Shown here piece by piece: positions 27,304 to 36,518 of a stretch of 57,985 bases of DNA (within the stretch, counting starts at the first letter, position 1; each line of letters begins with the position of its first letter). Both the position numbers and the translations under genes were made by a program. The notes beneath the pieces are model-generated. The model saw only the letters and a program-made list of their open reading frames with translations, was not told the origin of the DNA and searched no databases. This stretch comes from a virus (Duplodnaviria; Caudoviricetes), in IMG/VR virus record IMGVR_UViG_3300012943_000006, positions 1 through 57,985 of that record. The stretch is one strand, 5' to 3'.

Positions 27304-29615
27304 CAGTCCTCCGGGCTGCCCAGCACCTGGGGCAAGGTCTCGTAGCTGTTCTCGTCCACGTTGACAACAGTACCATAGATCCGCTGGAACCCTGAGAGTG
27401 CCTGGCGCAGATTCCGGCTCGCGGGGATCGACACCGTGTCACCCAAGAACCACTCGAGGAACAGCCACGGCGCGCGCTCCACCGTCGGCTCTATCTCCAC
27501 CGTGTCCACCCCGTTCTCACGCAGGAACAGCTGCAGCTGCGCGATCGCCAGCGCCGCGTCCTCGATCCGGCCGGGGAAGAACTGCTGCGCCCAATACTCG
27601 CCGTACCGGAGGATCGAAGGACCGTAGGAGATCGGGATGCCACCGCTGACCGGCTGGCCGCCCTGCCCCTGGTAATAACGGACGGTGTTCGCCCGCTGGT
27701 GCCCGTCCTTCATATGGCTGATCCGCACCAGGTTCCGGCCGGGCTTGTCCCATCCGAACACCGAGTCGGTCGCCTCGCGTCCGGCGCGCTGGACGATGCT
27801 GATCTCGTGCGTGTAGCCGGGCCGGTTGATCGGGTCGTAGATCGGGGTGAGCAGGATATCCAAAGCTCCGGTCTGGATCATCTGGTCGAACACCTCACCG
27901 ACCGAAATCCCCTGCTGCAGGTCCAGGTCCAGCTGGGTGGTGGTCTCGTACTTGCTCTTGGTCAAAGCTCCGAATCGCGCGGGGAGCGGGTTCCCCCAGA
28001 ACGCCGTCCCCGGCAGCTGTACCGGGTTGCCATCGGTGTCAACAGACCACGCCGGTGTCGTGTCTCCCATGTCGATCCCGACCGAGCCATGGTTGATGAT
28101 CGTGTTCCTCAAGAATGTCAAGGCGATATGGCCGACCTGGGTATCGTCGAAGCTGAAAAACCCGGCGGTGTCAGGGAAGTCGCCGTCGATGTTGACCATC
28201 GGCCGCTGGTACAGAAGCTGCCACGGGTCTTCGGCGCTGATCACCGTACGGGCATTCTCCGTCAGCCCGGTGTCCTCGGTCTGCAAGATCGTCCCTGCGT
28301 AGCGGCACACCCATTTCAGGTCGCTGTCGTTGAACCCGCCCTCCCGGCGGAACCCGTAGAGCAGCCGGTCGCCCTCGTCGACGAACGGGTAGCCGTCGTC
28401 GTCCAGGATGTTGACCTCCGGGTTGTCAGACGGGACAGTGAGCTTGGCGGTCGCCGTGCCGTCCAGAATGTACTTGACTTCGGCCTGGAAAGTCAGCCGG
28501 TCGAGGAACGTGAGCGTCTGGGTCTCGAGCGTGGTGACCACCCAGCGCCACGGCGGGCCGGTGTAGAAACGGATCCCGGCCAGGCCACCGCTGGACAGGG
28601 GCGGCAAGACAGGCAGCCCGCCCCCTCCCGGGCCTCCTCCTGAACCTCCGGAGCCTCCCCCGCCCCCCGAGGGGGGTCCGCCGCCGGGAGGTCCCGGAGG
28701 GGGCGGGAAGGGCGGGAGCGACCCCTCGAGCACGATCGGCGGGGACAGCAACGTCCCGACCGTCAGGAACGGCGGGTAGATCTGCCCGCCGACACTGGGA
28801 GCGAACGCCGTCGCACCGACCGTCAAGAACGGCGCAGTCAGCGGGGTGGGTCCCACAACCGTCGGCACCAAACCGGTCGCTCCAACGGTCAGGAACGGCG
28901 GATCGACCTCGCCCACAGGGATCTCTTCCGCGACCCACGGCATGGTCCCATGGGTGTTTACTTCATATGACTCCGCGAGCTTAGCTCCGCCACTGGCAGG
29001 GATAGCGACAGCGGCGGACAGATCGAGCAGGTTCTGGTAGTTGTTCTTCAACGGCCAGTACCCCGAGATAGCACCCCGCGCGACCTTGTCCGGACGCTCC
29101 CCCCTCATGATCGTGTTCATCTGCGCGACAGACAACGCCGCGTCCCACGTGGTCAGATCCTCCATCCACCCCAGGAGATTCTGGTCCGTGACCCCGCTGT
29201 CTTGCCTAGCACCGAAAAACGCACCCAGGGTGGAGTTCTTGATCGTCGTCGCCCCGACCGCCGTGCCAGGACTCATCACCCCGCTCATATACAGGTAGAG
29301 CGCGCCACTGGAGCCGGTGAAGATCGCGAAAACGTAGTTCCAGACTCCGACCTTCATCTTTGCACCGGCGTTCTCGCCGTAGCCGTTGTTGTCAGCGCCG
29401 AGAATGTTGAATTGGGTCCCGCTCGCGTCAGCGTTCAGCAGCCACGCACGGTCCCCAGAACCCTGCCACCTTGTCCCCAGGCAGACACCATTCCCAGCCG
29501 GAGACAGGCTCATGGGACGAACCCGCATATACATCGTCCACGCGCCCGCCGGTTCGAACGGAGTAATATCCCCGACCGACAGATACGCCGTTGAGACGCC
29601 GGGGAACCAGGCCAT
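27303..29615 (-). CDS. baseplate hub/Tal-like protein fused to an N-terminal LamG lectin domain
   Basis: LamG-like N-terminus (WNYVFA, WDAALSVAQM); 3x PFLTVG repeats; Pro/Gly linker; hub-like C-terminus (WFLGDTV, RIYG). Confidence 0.7.
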   Translation of the reverse strand: MAWFPGVSTAYLSVGDITPFEPAGAWTMYMRVRPMSLSPAGNGVCLGTRWQGSGDRAWLLNADASGTQFNILGADNNGYGENAGAKMKVGVWNYVFAIFTGSSGALYLYMSGVMSPGTAVGATTIKNSTLGAFFGARQDSGVTDQNLLGWMEDLTTWDAALSVAQMNTIMRGERPDKVARGAISGYWPLKNNYQNLLDLSAAVAIPASGGAKLAESYEVNTHGTMPWVAEEIPVGEVDPPFLTVGATGLVPTVVGPTPLTAPFLTVGATAFAPSVGGQIYPPFLTVGTLLSPPIVLEGSLPPFPPPPGPPGGGPPSGGGGGSGGSGGGPGGGGLPVLPPLSSGGLAGIRFYTGPPWRWVVTTLETQTLTFLDRLTFQAEVKYILDGTATAKLTVPSDNPEVNILDDDGYPFVDEGDRLLYGFRREGGFNDSDLKWVCRYAGTILQTEDTGLTENARTVISAEDPWQLLYQRPMVNIDGDFPDTAGFFSFDDTQVGHIALTFLRNTIINHGSVGIDMGDTTPAWSVDTDGNPVQLPGTAFWGNPLPARFGALTKSKYETTTQLDLDLQQGISVGEVFDQMIQTGALDILLTPIYDPINRPGYTHEISIVQRAGREATDSVFGWDKPGRNLVRISHMKDGHQRANTVRYYQGQGGQPVSGGIPISYGPSILRYGEYWAQQFFPGRIEDAALAIAQLQLFLRENGVDTVEIEPTVERAPWLFLEWFLGDTVSIPASRNLRQALSGFQRIYGTVVNVDENSYETLPQVLGSPED

Positions 29616-30398
29616 CTAGCTCATCACCACCGAAGGCAGCTGCACTTGCCCCCCGATGAACGGGGGCACAGACAGGAACGGGTCGGTGCGCATCTGCCCC
29701 ACGAACGGGAACCGGGCGTTGGTCATTCGCCACTTCGTGCACAGGTACGCCATGATCTGCAGCCGCTCCGCGTCGCACATCTTGCGGTTGTAGCTGATGA
29801 ACTCCGCGATGTTCCCAGCGAACCCCGCCAAAGCAGAACCCGAGCCACCGAGCGTGAAGTTCACCCCAGCGTCAGAGTAAGACCCCGACCCGCCCCCCGT
29901 GGTGATGTACTCGTTGTTCGAAGAGATCGTAGTGGCCGACCCGCCCAAACCCAGCTGGAGACAGTGGATCGCCTTGGTCGCGGCCGTCCCGTCCACCAGA
30001 TCGTAGCTGTTGCCAGAGTCGCGAATGACCCACTGATTGTTCCCGAAATACGCCAACCCGTTCGCGCCGCTGCCCGGGTTTTCGATCCCGATCGGACGCC
30101 CGCCTGAGTACTCGCTGACAAGGAAGATCGTGAACTGTGTCAAAGGGACGATCCGACCGGCACCGGCGGCGACCATCGGGTCTGTGCCGACGAAATGGAA
30201 ACACGGCAGGTTGTTCCACCCTGCCCTCAGAAACGTCGGCGCAGTGCTTGGATTGGTCAGCGTCCAGCCGTTCCCCGACTGATCCTTGATCGAGTTGATC
30301 GATTGGCCGCTGCCCAGTTTCTCCTGGGAAGCGTCGTACCACTGCAACAGCCCCACACGTACAGGGATCGTGTTGAGCGGGACCAGACGGCTGAACAT
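29616..30398 (-). CDS. lectin-fold (LamG-like) tail protein
   Basis: WYDAS...KDQSGNG...GNIAEFISYNR...YL..KW. Confidence 0.75.
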   Translation of the reverse strand: MFSRLVPLNTIPVRVGLLQWYDASQEKLGSGQSINSIKDQSGNGWTLTNPSTAPTFLRAGWNNLPCFHFVGTDPMVAAGAGRIVPLTQFTIFLVSEYSGGRPIGIENPGSGANGLAYFGNNQWVIRDSGNSYDLVDGTAATKAIHCLQLGLGGSATTISSNNEYITTGGGSGSYSDAGVNFTLGGSGSALAGFAGNIAEFISYNRKMCDAERLQIMAYLCTKWRMTNARFPFVGQMRTDPFLSVPPFIGGQVQLPSVVMS

Positions 30399-30890
30399 CT
30401 AGGTCGCCGTTGCGTAGATGCCCTGCCACTCGACACCATGGTCTCCGCCGGTCGCGGACAACGCCGTGCCGATGTCGTTCACCACAACCACGCCCCACTT
30501 CTCCGGCATCCGGCCGCCATACAGCGCGGCAAGAGACCACGGGCCGCCCTTGTACGTCGTGTTGATCGCCGCCGCGTAGATCGCGCCTAGCAGCTTCAAC
30601 TGGGTCGGGTTGTTCAACGTGATCGCCGCGTCGGTGCCGGTCACCGTGTCCGGCCACTCAGACCCGCCGTCGACGCTGGCGTACGCGTAGACAAACGCCG
30701 ACGAGGGAGCAACGATCGAGCCGGAGTTCGCGCCCTTGATCTTCGCTGTGATCAGCACATCCAAGAACAGATCGGACGTGTTGCTCACCGCCGTCGACTC
30801 GCGACCTGCGGTACTCGAATCCGCCAGGGAAGCGAGCGTGATGGTCAGCGCCTGGCCGTTGGAGCCGTACGCTGTCTTGATGTTCGCCAC
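30399..30890 (-). CDS. virion structural protein
   Basis: ITLASLA...AGRESTAVSN; Ala/Thr-rich; within the tail module. Confidence 0.65.
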   Translation of the reverse strand: MANIKTAYGSNGQALTITLASLADSSTAGRESTAVSNTSDLFLDVLITAKIKGANSGSIVAPSSAFVYAYASVDGGSEWPDTVTGTDAAITLNNPTQLKLLGAIYAAAINTTYKGGPWSLAALYGGRMPEKWGVVVVNDIGTALSATGGDHGVEWQGIYATAT

Positions 30891-30893
30891 TTG

Positions 30894-31220
30894 TTACACC
30901 TCCCCGTAGATCGCGATGCGATGCTCGTCAGCTGCGGCCTGAGCATGCTCCTCGGCCGGCACCGGGTTGTTCGCCGCCCAACCGCAACTGCAGTACGCGT
31001 TGAACGCCCCCCCGCCCTTGGTGCCACCCTCGGCAACGAAGACGTCGAGAAGCTCCTGCACCCCGGCCGCCTGCTCCTCGTCCGTGGGCGGCTCGTCAGC
31101 GGTGAACGCGTTGCGCTCGAGCCACCGGCTGTACCAACGCCTCCCCAGAACCGTCTCCAGTTCGGCCTGGCTCGCCGCCGTCACGCTTGTTTCGTGTGCC
31201 ATCATGCCTCCTACGGGCAA
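30894..31220 (-). CDS. hypothetical protein
   Basis: AYCSCGW...H; start uncertain (31220 or ~31205). Confidence 0.5.
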   Translation of the reverse strand: MPVGGMMAHETSVTAASQAELETVLGRRWYSRWLERNAFTADEPPTDEEQAAGVQELLDVFVAEGGTKGGGAFNAYCSCGWAANNPVPAEEHAQAAADEHRIAIYGEV

Positions 31221-31606
31221 GCCGCGAGTTGGAAGATACCGGAGACGTTCCAGACGATCGACACGTCTGCAATCGACGCCAGCACGAACGGAGAAGCAAG
31301 CTCCAGATAGCAGATCAACGGCGAGGTCGCGTCGACCCCCGTGCTTTTCGCGATCACCACCGCGAGCGTCGTCGACGCCGGGACTGTGGTCACCGTCTCG
31401 TTGTTCGCGTCGAACACGCCCGCCGTCGTTGTCTTGCCTGACAGCGGACCCGAACGATCGTTGATCGTCCCGGACAGATCGGAGATGAACTGGTGAGCCG
31501 CGCTGAACGTCCCGTTGTACAGAAGCGCGACGATGTCGTCGACCAGCATGTCGATATCCGCGTCCAGGAGCTTCTTCATCCCGGTCGGATACGGGGCGCT
31601 AGCCAT
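31211..31606 (-). CDS. minor tail protein
   Basis: L.GKT...GVFDA...SPLICYL...W..SGIF family common in tail modules. Confidence 0.7.
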   Translation of the reverse strand: MASAPYPTGMKKLLDADIDMLVDDIVALLYNGTFSAAHQFISDLSGTINDRSGPLSGKTTTAGVFDANNETVTTVPASTTLAVVIAKSTGVDATSPLICYLELASPFVLASIADVSIVWNVSGIFQLAACP

Positions 31607-31793
31607 CCGTCACCTCTGTTGCTGTTTGCTCATCCACCTCGAACACCCTATCAGCGACCCGGACCAAGATAGGTCCTGACTCGCCCGGGTCGCGCCGGGC
31701 GAACGTCGCCCTTGCGTCGCTGTGCTCCTCCAGGAGCGTGTCCAGCACGATCCGTTCGCGCCGGGTCATCTCGATATAGCCGGTTTGCAACAT
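31599..31793 (-). CDS. hypothetical protein
   Basis: RBS AAGGAGG; coupled downstream. Confidence 0.55.
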   Translation of the reverse strand: MLQTGYIEMTRRERIVLDTLLEEHSDARATFARRDPGESGPILVRVADRVFEVDEQTATEVTDG

Positions 31794-31802
31794 CTGTCCT
31801 CC

Positions 31803-32627
31803 TTACAGCCAGGCTGCCTGCCACAGCACATCCACCGACGGAGCGCCCGTGATCGAGATCACGTTGTTCCCCGGCCACAACGGAAAGAAATCGGACATCT
31901 CGACGTCGATCCCGTCCTTGTAGTTCGCCCCCGCTCCGTTCAGGTACGCAGTATTGCGGAATGTGTCGATCTCCAGGTAGCTGCCGCCGGGGATCGCCGC
32001 CGCCCCCGGCAGGCTGTCGTCATAGACGATCGCCAGACCTGTTGTGTCGTTGGACAACGTGAACGCGGACGACGCGCCGTTGACCTTGAATACCGGATAG
32101 AACGCCGTGTTGCCCGTGTTGTTCAGAGCAGTGGAGCCGGTGATGTTCGTGGCGATCTGAGTAAAATCGATCGCATACGGGAACGGAGAGTCGAACAGCA
32201 ACGTCGCCTCCATCGGCGCGCCAGCCGGTTGCTTGAACGTCATCCGCTCCGTCTGCTGCATGTAGTCGAGCAAGCGGACGCCCGCGCCGTCGGGGTCCCA
32301 CAGGAACCGACCGGACATCGCTGCTTTCAACATCGACCCTGCGTGCTTCGCCAAAGTGTCCACCATCCGCTCGAGCGCTTCGTCGCACGCGATCCCGTCG
32401 TCCTCCCACAGCTGCACCACCAGCTTCAACCGGGAGCCGGTCAGGAACCGCTCCTGGACCAGCCCGCCGTCCTCGGTCGGGACATTCAACAGCTGCGCCC
32501 GGACGTCCTGCCACATGTCGCACTCCGCATTGTTCAACAGGTAGCGATCACCGGACGTCGCGTTCAACGACAGGTCGCCGTAGACCGACGCCAACGTAGC
32601 AGCAACATTCCAGTCAGCGATCGGCAT
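31803..32627 (-). CDS. distal tail protein (Dit)
   Basis: Follows TMP; N.GN..FYP, LEIDT, FFPLWPGNN, AWL end. Confidence 0.8.
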   Translation of the reverse strand: MPIADWNVAATLASVYGDLSLNATSGDRYLLNNAECDMWQDVRAQLLNVPTEDGGLVQERFLTGSRLKLVVQLWEDDGIACDEALERMVDTLAKHAGSMLKAAMSGRFLWDPDGAGVRLLDYMQQTERMTFKQPAGAPMEATLLFDSPFPYAIDFTQIATNITGSTALNNTGNTAFYPVFKVNGASSAFTLSNDTTGLAIVYDDSLPGAAAIPGGSYLEIDTFRNTAYLNGAGANYKDGIDVEMSDFFPLWPGNNVISITGAPSVDVLWQAAWL

Positions 32628-34811
32628 CTACAACCCCCGGGCCACGTTGTCCGCGATCTTCTGGCCAAGATCCTGCGCCGACTTCGGCACCGGCACCCCC
32701 GTGATCCTCCGCACCGGCCCACCGGCGATAATCTGGAGCAACGCCGTCTGCCGCTTCGACTCAGACAGCTGCGCGGTCGTGGTCCTCGAGATCGTCTGCC
32801 ACGCGTTCGCCTGGCCCCCGCCCAAGATCCCGGCAAGCTCGCCCCGAGCATCCTGCGGTGCCAGCAACCCACCACGGGTGGCGGTGAAGTTCGATCCGAA
32901 CCGGCGGAACTGGTCGGCCGCGCTCTCGTAGAGCTTCGCGATAAACACATCTGGCGAGTCGCCTTCCTGTGTCTTTTTGGACAACGCCTGCAACGCGAGC
33001 CTCGCGGCGATCAGCCTCGACTTGTCTTGCTCCTTCTCGAACCCGGTGGCGTTCTTCACCTGTTCTTTCCAGAAATCCACCAGCTGCTTCGCAAACCGCT
33101 TGTCGTCCGCAATCCCTGGGGTCAACCCGGCCGCCGCGATACGGTTCTGAATCTGAAGCTCCTTGAACTCCGCCGCCGTGTGCTCCGCCCCGGTGTCCGC
33201 CTCCCCTGCCAGGAACTTCTGACGGCGGCTACGCAGGTCGATCACATGTGCCGCCGCGTCCGCCCGGTCGCCAGCGGAGGTCGCGTTGTGCGCCAAGCTC
33301 TTCCAATAGTCGATCGCTGTGGCGAACGCCGCCAGATCATCCGTTTTCCGCTTGGTCAACGCGGCCTTCGCCAGGTTGTTCTCCAACGTCTGCTCGTACC
33401 CGGCCTTCTTGTCGGCGGCCACGGCCTCGGCCGCCGCCGCCGCCTCCTTCTTCTTCGCGTCCGCCGCCGCCGTCGCCGTCGCAGCCGCCGCCTCCGCGTT
33501 GTCCTTGATCTGGTTCTGGTAGCCGATCACCTTCGTCGTCGCGGCGGACAACGCCGCGTACGCCGCCGCCGCCCCGCCAGCGCCGTCCTTCAGGTTCTCG
33601 AAAAGCTCCCGGGCGTGCTTTTGCGTGATCTTCGCAGCAGCCAGCTGCGCCGCCAAACGGTCCCCCTCGTCCCTGATCCGACCCGCCCGGTCCTCCCGGA
33701 CCTGGTCCGCCACCGCCTGGCCCCCCGTGCCAGCCTGGAACACCGTCGGGTCCAGCCCCGCCGCGCGCGCCGCCTTTTGCGCGTCGACCCCCCCAGCGCC
33801 ACGACCGAAATCGCCTCCTCGCTCCCCCAGGACAGCCGCTTCGCTCCCGGCCTCCTGGATCCGCCGCGCCAAGTCGGCCCACGCGTCCGCCGAAGCTCGA
33901 GCGCCGATCGTCTGCGCCTCCAGATCCCGCGTGATCTTCTCCATCTGGACAGCGGTGTCAATACTGATCTTGCCGAACGCCACCAAGATGCCCAGGTACT
34001 CCTTCAATGCTTCCGGCGACTCTTCGAACTTAGCGGTCAGCTTCTCCTGCGTCACCACCAGCGGGTCTGACTTCGCCTTCAGATCTGCCAGCGACTGCGC
34101 TAAGCTACCGACGATCGTCGCCGGTTTCTCCGCCGCCAAAGCCCTAATCCCGCCGATGATGTTCCCGGTGAGAATCTCCGCGCCGAAGTTCCTCAACTTC
34201 CCCTGCGCGGTATAAGCCTCGTCGCCCGTGGCCTTGAGCATCTGGGAGATCTGGCCGATCGCCTGGAACCCGGCGAACGCCACACCTCCGGCCAGACCCA
34301 GACGGCCGACCGAACCCAAGATCCCGGCGATGCCGCCCCTCGAGCCGCCGCGTGTCCCGCCCCCGGCAAGCTCCTCTATCTTGGACAAAACCCCCGGCGC
34401 AGCGACCTCTTTGCCGGTCCGCTGCGACCTGGCGATAAGCTCCTGCAGCTTGACCGACGCCTGGTCGTACGCGTCGGCCGACGCTAGCAGAAGTTCCCGC
34501 ATCGCCGCCTGGTCCTGCCCGACCAGCGAAGCTGCCTGGGCGCGCGACTGCTGCGCCGCGAACAGAACCTGCTCCAGGTTCGCCTGAGCACCCAGTCGCG
34601 ACGCCCCGACCGGGTCCTGCCGGAGCGCCGCAGCCTCCGCCCGAAGCTGCAGATCCGCGATCTTCTTCGTGGTCTCGTCGACGACCTTGTCGGCCTGCGC
34701 CTGCGCCGTTTTCAGAGCTTCGTTGACCTGCGTCCCGACCTGTTGCGGGAAGTCATCCCCGACAACAGGCCGGATCTTGACATACGCCTCACCGACCTCT
34801 GGGTTGCTCAC
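32628..34811 (-). CDS. tape measure protein
   Basis: VGEAYVKIRP N-terminus; Ala-rich helical 727 aa; between TAC and Dit. Confidence 0.8.
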   Translation of the reverse strand: MSNPEVGEAYVKIRPVVGDDFPQQVGTQVNEALKTAQAQADKVVDETTKKIADLQLRAEAAALRQDPVGASRLGAQANLEQVLFAAQQSRAQAASLVGQDQAAMRELLLASADAYDQASVKLQELIARSQRTGKEVAAPGVLSKIEELAGGGTRGGSRGGIAGILGSVGRLGLAGGVAFAGFQAIGQISQMLKATGDEAYTAQGKLRNFGAEILTGNIIGGIRALAAEKPATIVGSLAQSLADLKAKSDPLVVTQEKLTAKFEESPEALKEYLGILVAFGKISIDTAVQMEKITRDLEAQTIGARASADAWADLARRIQEAGSEAAVLGERGGDFGRGAGGVDAQKAARAAGLDPTVFQAGTGGQAVADQVREDRAGRIRDEGDRLAAQLAAAKITQKHARELFENLKDGAGGAAAAYAALSAATTKVIGYQNQIKDNAEAAAATATAAADAKKKEAAAAAEAVAADKKAGYEQTLENNLAKAALTKRKTDDLAAFATAIDYWKSLAHNATSAGDRADAAAHVIDLRSRRQKFLAGEADTGAEHTAAEFKELQIQNRIAAAGLTPGIADDKRFAKQLVDFWKEQVKNATGFEKEQDKSRLIAARLALQALSKKTQEGDSPDVFIAKLYESAADQFRRFGSNFTATRGGLLAPQDARGELAGILGGGQANAWQTISRTTTAQLSESKRQTALLQIIAGGPVRRITGVPVPKSAQDLGQKIADNVARGL

Positions 34812-35098
34812 CTTGCCCCCAGGTTCTTGAGGGCTGCGGCGTTCTGCTTGCGGCGAAGCTCCTCAGGCGTCAGGAACGTGTCGTGCGCGCGCTCACGTGC
34901 GAACGCCAGCGGCTCGCCCTGCGACTGGAACTCCTGCACGTACAGAACATATGCCGCGTTCAAGTATGCCCTCAGGTCGTAGTCTACGTTGTTCGCAAGG
35001 CCGAGTGATCCCTCGACGTAGCCCCGGACTGACCTGGCCCACGACCAGAGGACGAGAGCTTCTCTGTAGGGCGGCCCGACGCTGCCTCGATCAGCCAT
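34808..35098 (-). CDS. tail assembly chaperone, -1 frame C-terminal segment
   Basis: Overlaps the TAC in the -1 frame from CCC-TAC; stop coupled to the TMP start. Confidence 0.55.
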   Translation of the reverse strand: MADRGSVGPPYREALVLWSWARSVRGYVEGSLGLANNVDYDLRAYLNAAYVLYVQEFQSQGEPLAFARERAHDTFLTPEELRRKQNAAALKNLGAR

Positions 35099-35421
35099 GA
35101 CACGATGTCCTCGAGATCCTGCAGGTTCAAGGCTGGATCGGCAGACCGCCGCACCTTGTCCCAGGTCTCGGCCTCCTCGTCGAGAACCATCGACCGGATG
35201 TACCGGTCGTACACATCCCAGATCATCTTCTTGTCCGCGATCTCTGCCTCGGTCGCCTGCGGGTAGATGTCCTCCGGCCGGACGTTCGCCTTCACGTGGA
35301 AAGACTCTCCCCCCGCTTTGAACGTCAAGATCCGCTGGCGGTTCTTGCGCGCGCGCTCCTGGTCGAAGTCCTTCTCCCCCTGGATGCCGACCTGGACGTT
35401 CGGCTGTTCGGTTGTGGTCAC
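34984..35421 (-). CDS. tail assembly chaperone
   Basis: RBS GAGGAGGAG; ends ...WLIEAASGRPT; upstream of TMP. Confidence 0.7.
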   Translation of the reverse strand: MTTTEQPNVQVGIQGEKDFDQERARKNRQRILTFKAGGESFHVKANVRPEDIYPQATEAEIADKKMIWDVYDRYIRSMVLDEEAETWDKVRRSADPALNLQDLEDIVSWLIEAASGRPTEKLSSSGRGPGQSGATSRDHSALRTT

Positions 35422-35449
35422 TGCTCCTCCTCGCAACGGGTACCGCCGG

Positions 35450-35488
35450 AGCCTAGCACTTGACCAGCCCGACCATGGCTGCTATCGT
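35450..35488. promoter_or_regulatory. back-to-back promoters: plus TTGACC-N17-TATCGT (with TG) and minus TGC-TAGGCT
   Basis: Plus -35 at 35460-65 and -10 at 35483-88; minus -10 at 35455-50. Confidence 0.7.
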
Positions 35489-35493
35489 CCCTC

Positions 35494-35638
35494 GCCCCCC
35501 CTGCTCGAGGGGTCGTCCGTTGTCCGGATGGACGAATAACACGGCCGCCGGTTGGAGGACCGTCGGCGCGGTGGAGGTCGGTGGTGCACTACATCGGCCC
35601 GGAGCACGACAGCCGCTTTGGAGTAGCGGCCAGGGGGC
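35494..35638 (+). ncRNA. candidate ~145-nt structured small RNA
   Basis: Starts just after a near-consensus promoter; 5'/3' closing stem; four hairpins with G-U pairs valid only on the plus strand; four unpaired GGAG. Confidence 0.6.
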
Positions 35639-35640
35639 AC

Positions 35641-35988
35641 TCACAGGACTGACAGCGCTGGCTTGAGGAACGGATACTTGTAGATCGCGCCACCGGCGGA
35701 GAACCCCTGCTCCAGGTAGCGGCCGTAGTAGACCGGGGTGCCGACCGCCGCGTACAGGCCGATCGCGTCCCGGCCGAACACCCAGGTGATCGACGACCTG
35801 AGGTTGTTCGTCCTGACCCGTGGTCCCCGCCCCTCACGGTTGAGCGCCCCCACCACCTGTGCGCCGGTGGCGTTGAGCTTCGCCTGAGACTCCACCTTGA
35901 CCGCCATCCGGCCGAGTATTTTCGCCACCGGACCTTCCGGGCTGTTGAAAAGCTCGTCTATCCCCTTGGGGTTCGCGACGAACGTCAT
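35641..35988 (-). CDS. HK97 gp10-like tail completion protein
   Basis: RVRTNNLRSSI, VGT.VYYG.YLEQG, YPFLKPAL. Confidence 0.8.
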   Translation of the reverse strand: MTFVANPKGIDELFNSPEGPVAKILGRMAVKVESQAKLNATGAQVVGALNREGRGPRVRTNNLRSSITWVFGRDAIGLYAAVGTPVYYGRYLEQGFSAGGAIYKYPFLKPALSVL

Positions 35989-36518
35989 GTCCCCAGAGTG
36001 TAGATCGGGCCGGTGCCCTGCACCGAACAGCGGAATCGGATCACCCAGCCGAGCGCACCGCCGGACGGATCCAACGGTGTTGCCCCCTCGTGGAACACCT
36101 CGGAGCAAGCCCCGTCGAACAACCCTCCGGCGCGGTCGGCCTGGTAGACCGCGTTGCAGATCGCCCAGAAGTCCTGGTCGACGATCTGAGCTATCTGCTG
36201 CTGCTTGGCCATCGACGGTGGCTGGCCCTTCTCCCCGAAGACAGGCGCGCAGCGGACCACCGTGACCCAGAAGGAGACCGTTCGCACCAGACCGTAGCCC
36301 CGACCGTGCCCGTCGTCCAAAGGTCCAAGAGGACGCGTCGGGAGCGTCCCGGTGCCAGCCACGTGGACCGTCAGCTGCGGTACGCAGTCCAGGGCCGGTA
36401 AACCGGCGCTGACGAACGCGCGCGCGATCGCCCCAGCCGCCGTCTCAGCCAAGCCCGCGTTCGCGATCCCCAGAAGCTCGAGCGCGAACGCGTACGGAGT
36501 GTTGACAACGCTAGGCAC
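35985..36518 (-). CDS. tail terminator-like neck protein
   Basis: QLTV...VVRCAP...PSGGALG; position between adaptor and gp10. Confidence 0.6.
   Translation of the reverse strand: MPSVVNTPYAFALELLGIANAGLAETAAGAIARAFVSAGLPALDCVPQLTVHVAGTGTLPTRPLGPLDDGHGRGYGLVRTVSFWVTVVRCAPVFGEKGQPPSMAKQQQIAQIVDQDFWAICNAVYQADRAGGLFDGACSEVFHEGATPLDPSGGALGWVIRFRCSVQGTGPIYTLGT

Noticed and set aside
31722-34070. Long plus-strand ORFs (e.g. 31722-34070, 43667-45103, 50360-52141, 10731-11864) and minus-strand 18981-20609
   Set aside because: Antisense shadows of well-supported genes in high-GC DNA; Arg/Pro-rich with no motifs or RBS
35494-35638. tRNA, tmRNA or a known riboswitch
   Set aside because: No T-loop GTTCRA, CCA end or recognisable aptamer consensus; I found no tRNA elsewhere by eye
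35453-35666. 63-aa and 68-aa ORFs in the gp10-TAC gap
   Set aside because: No protein-like features; the promoter and hairpin pattern fit an RNA better, although the 63-aa ORF has a GTGA overlap and is not fully excluded
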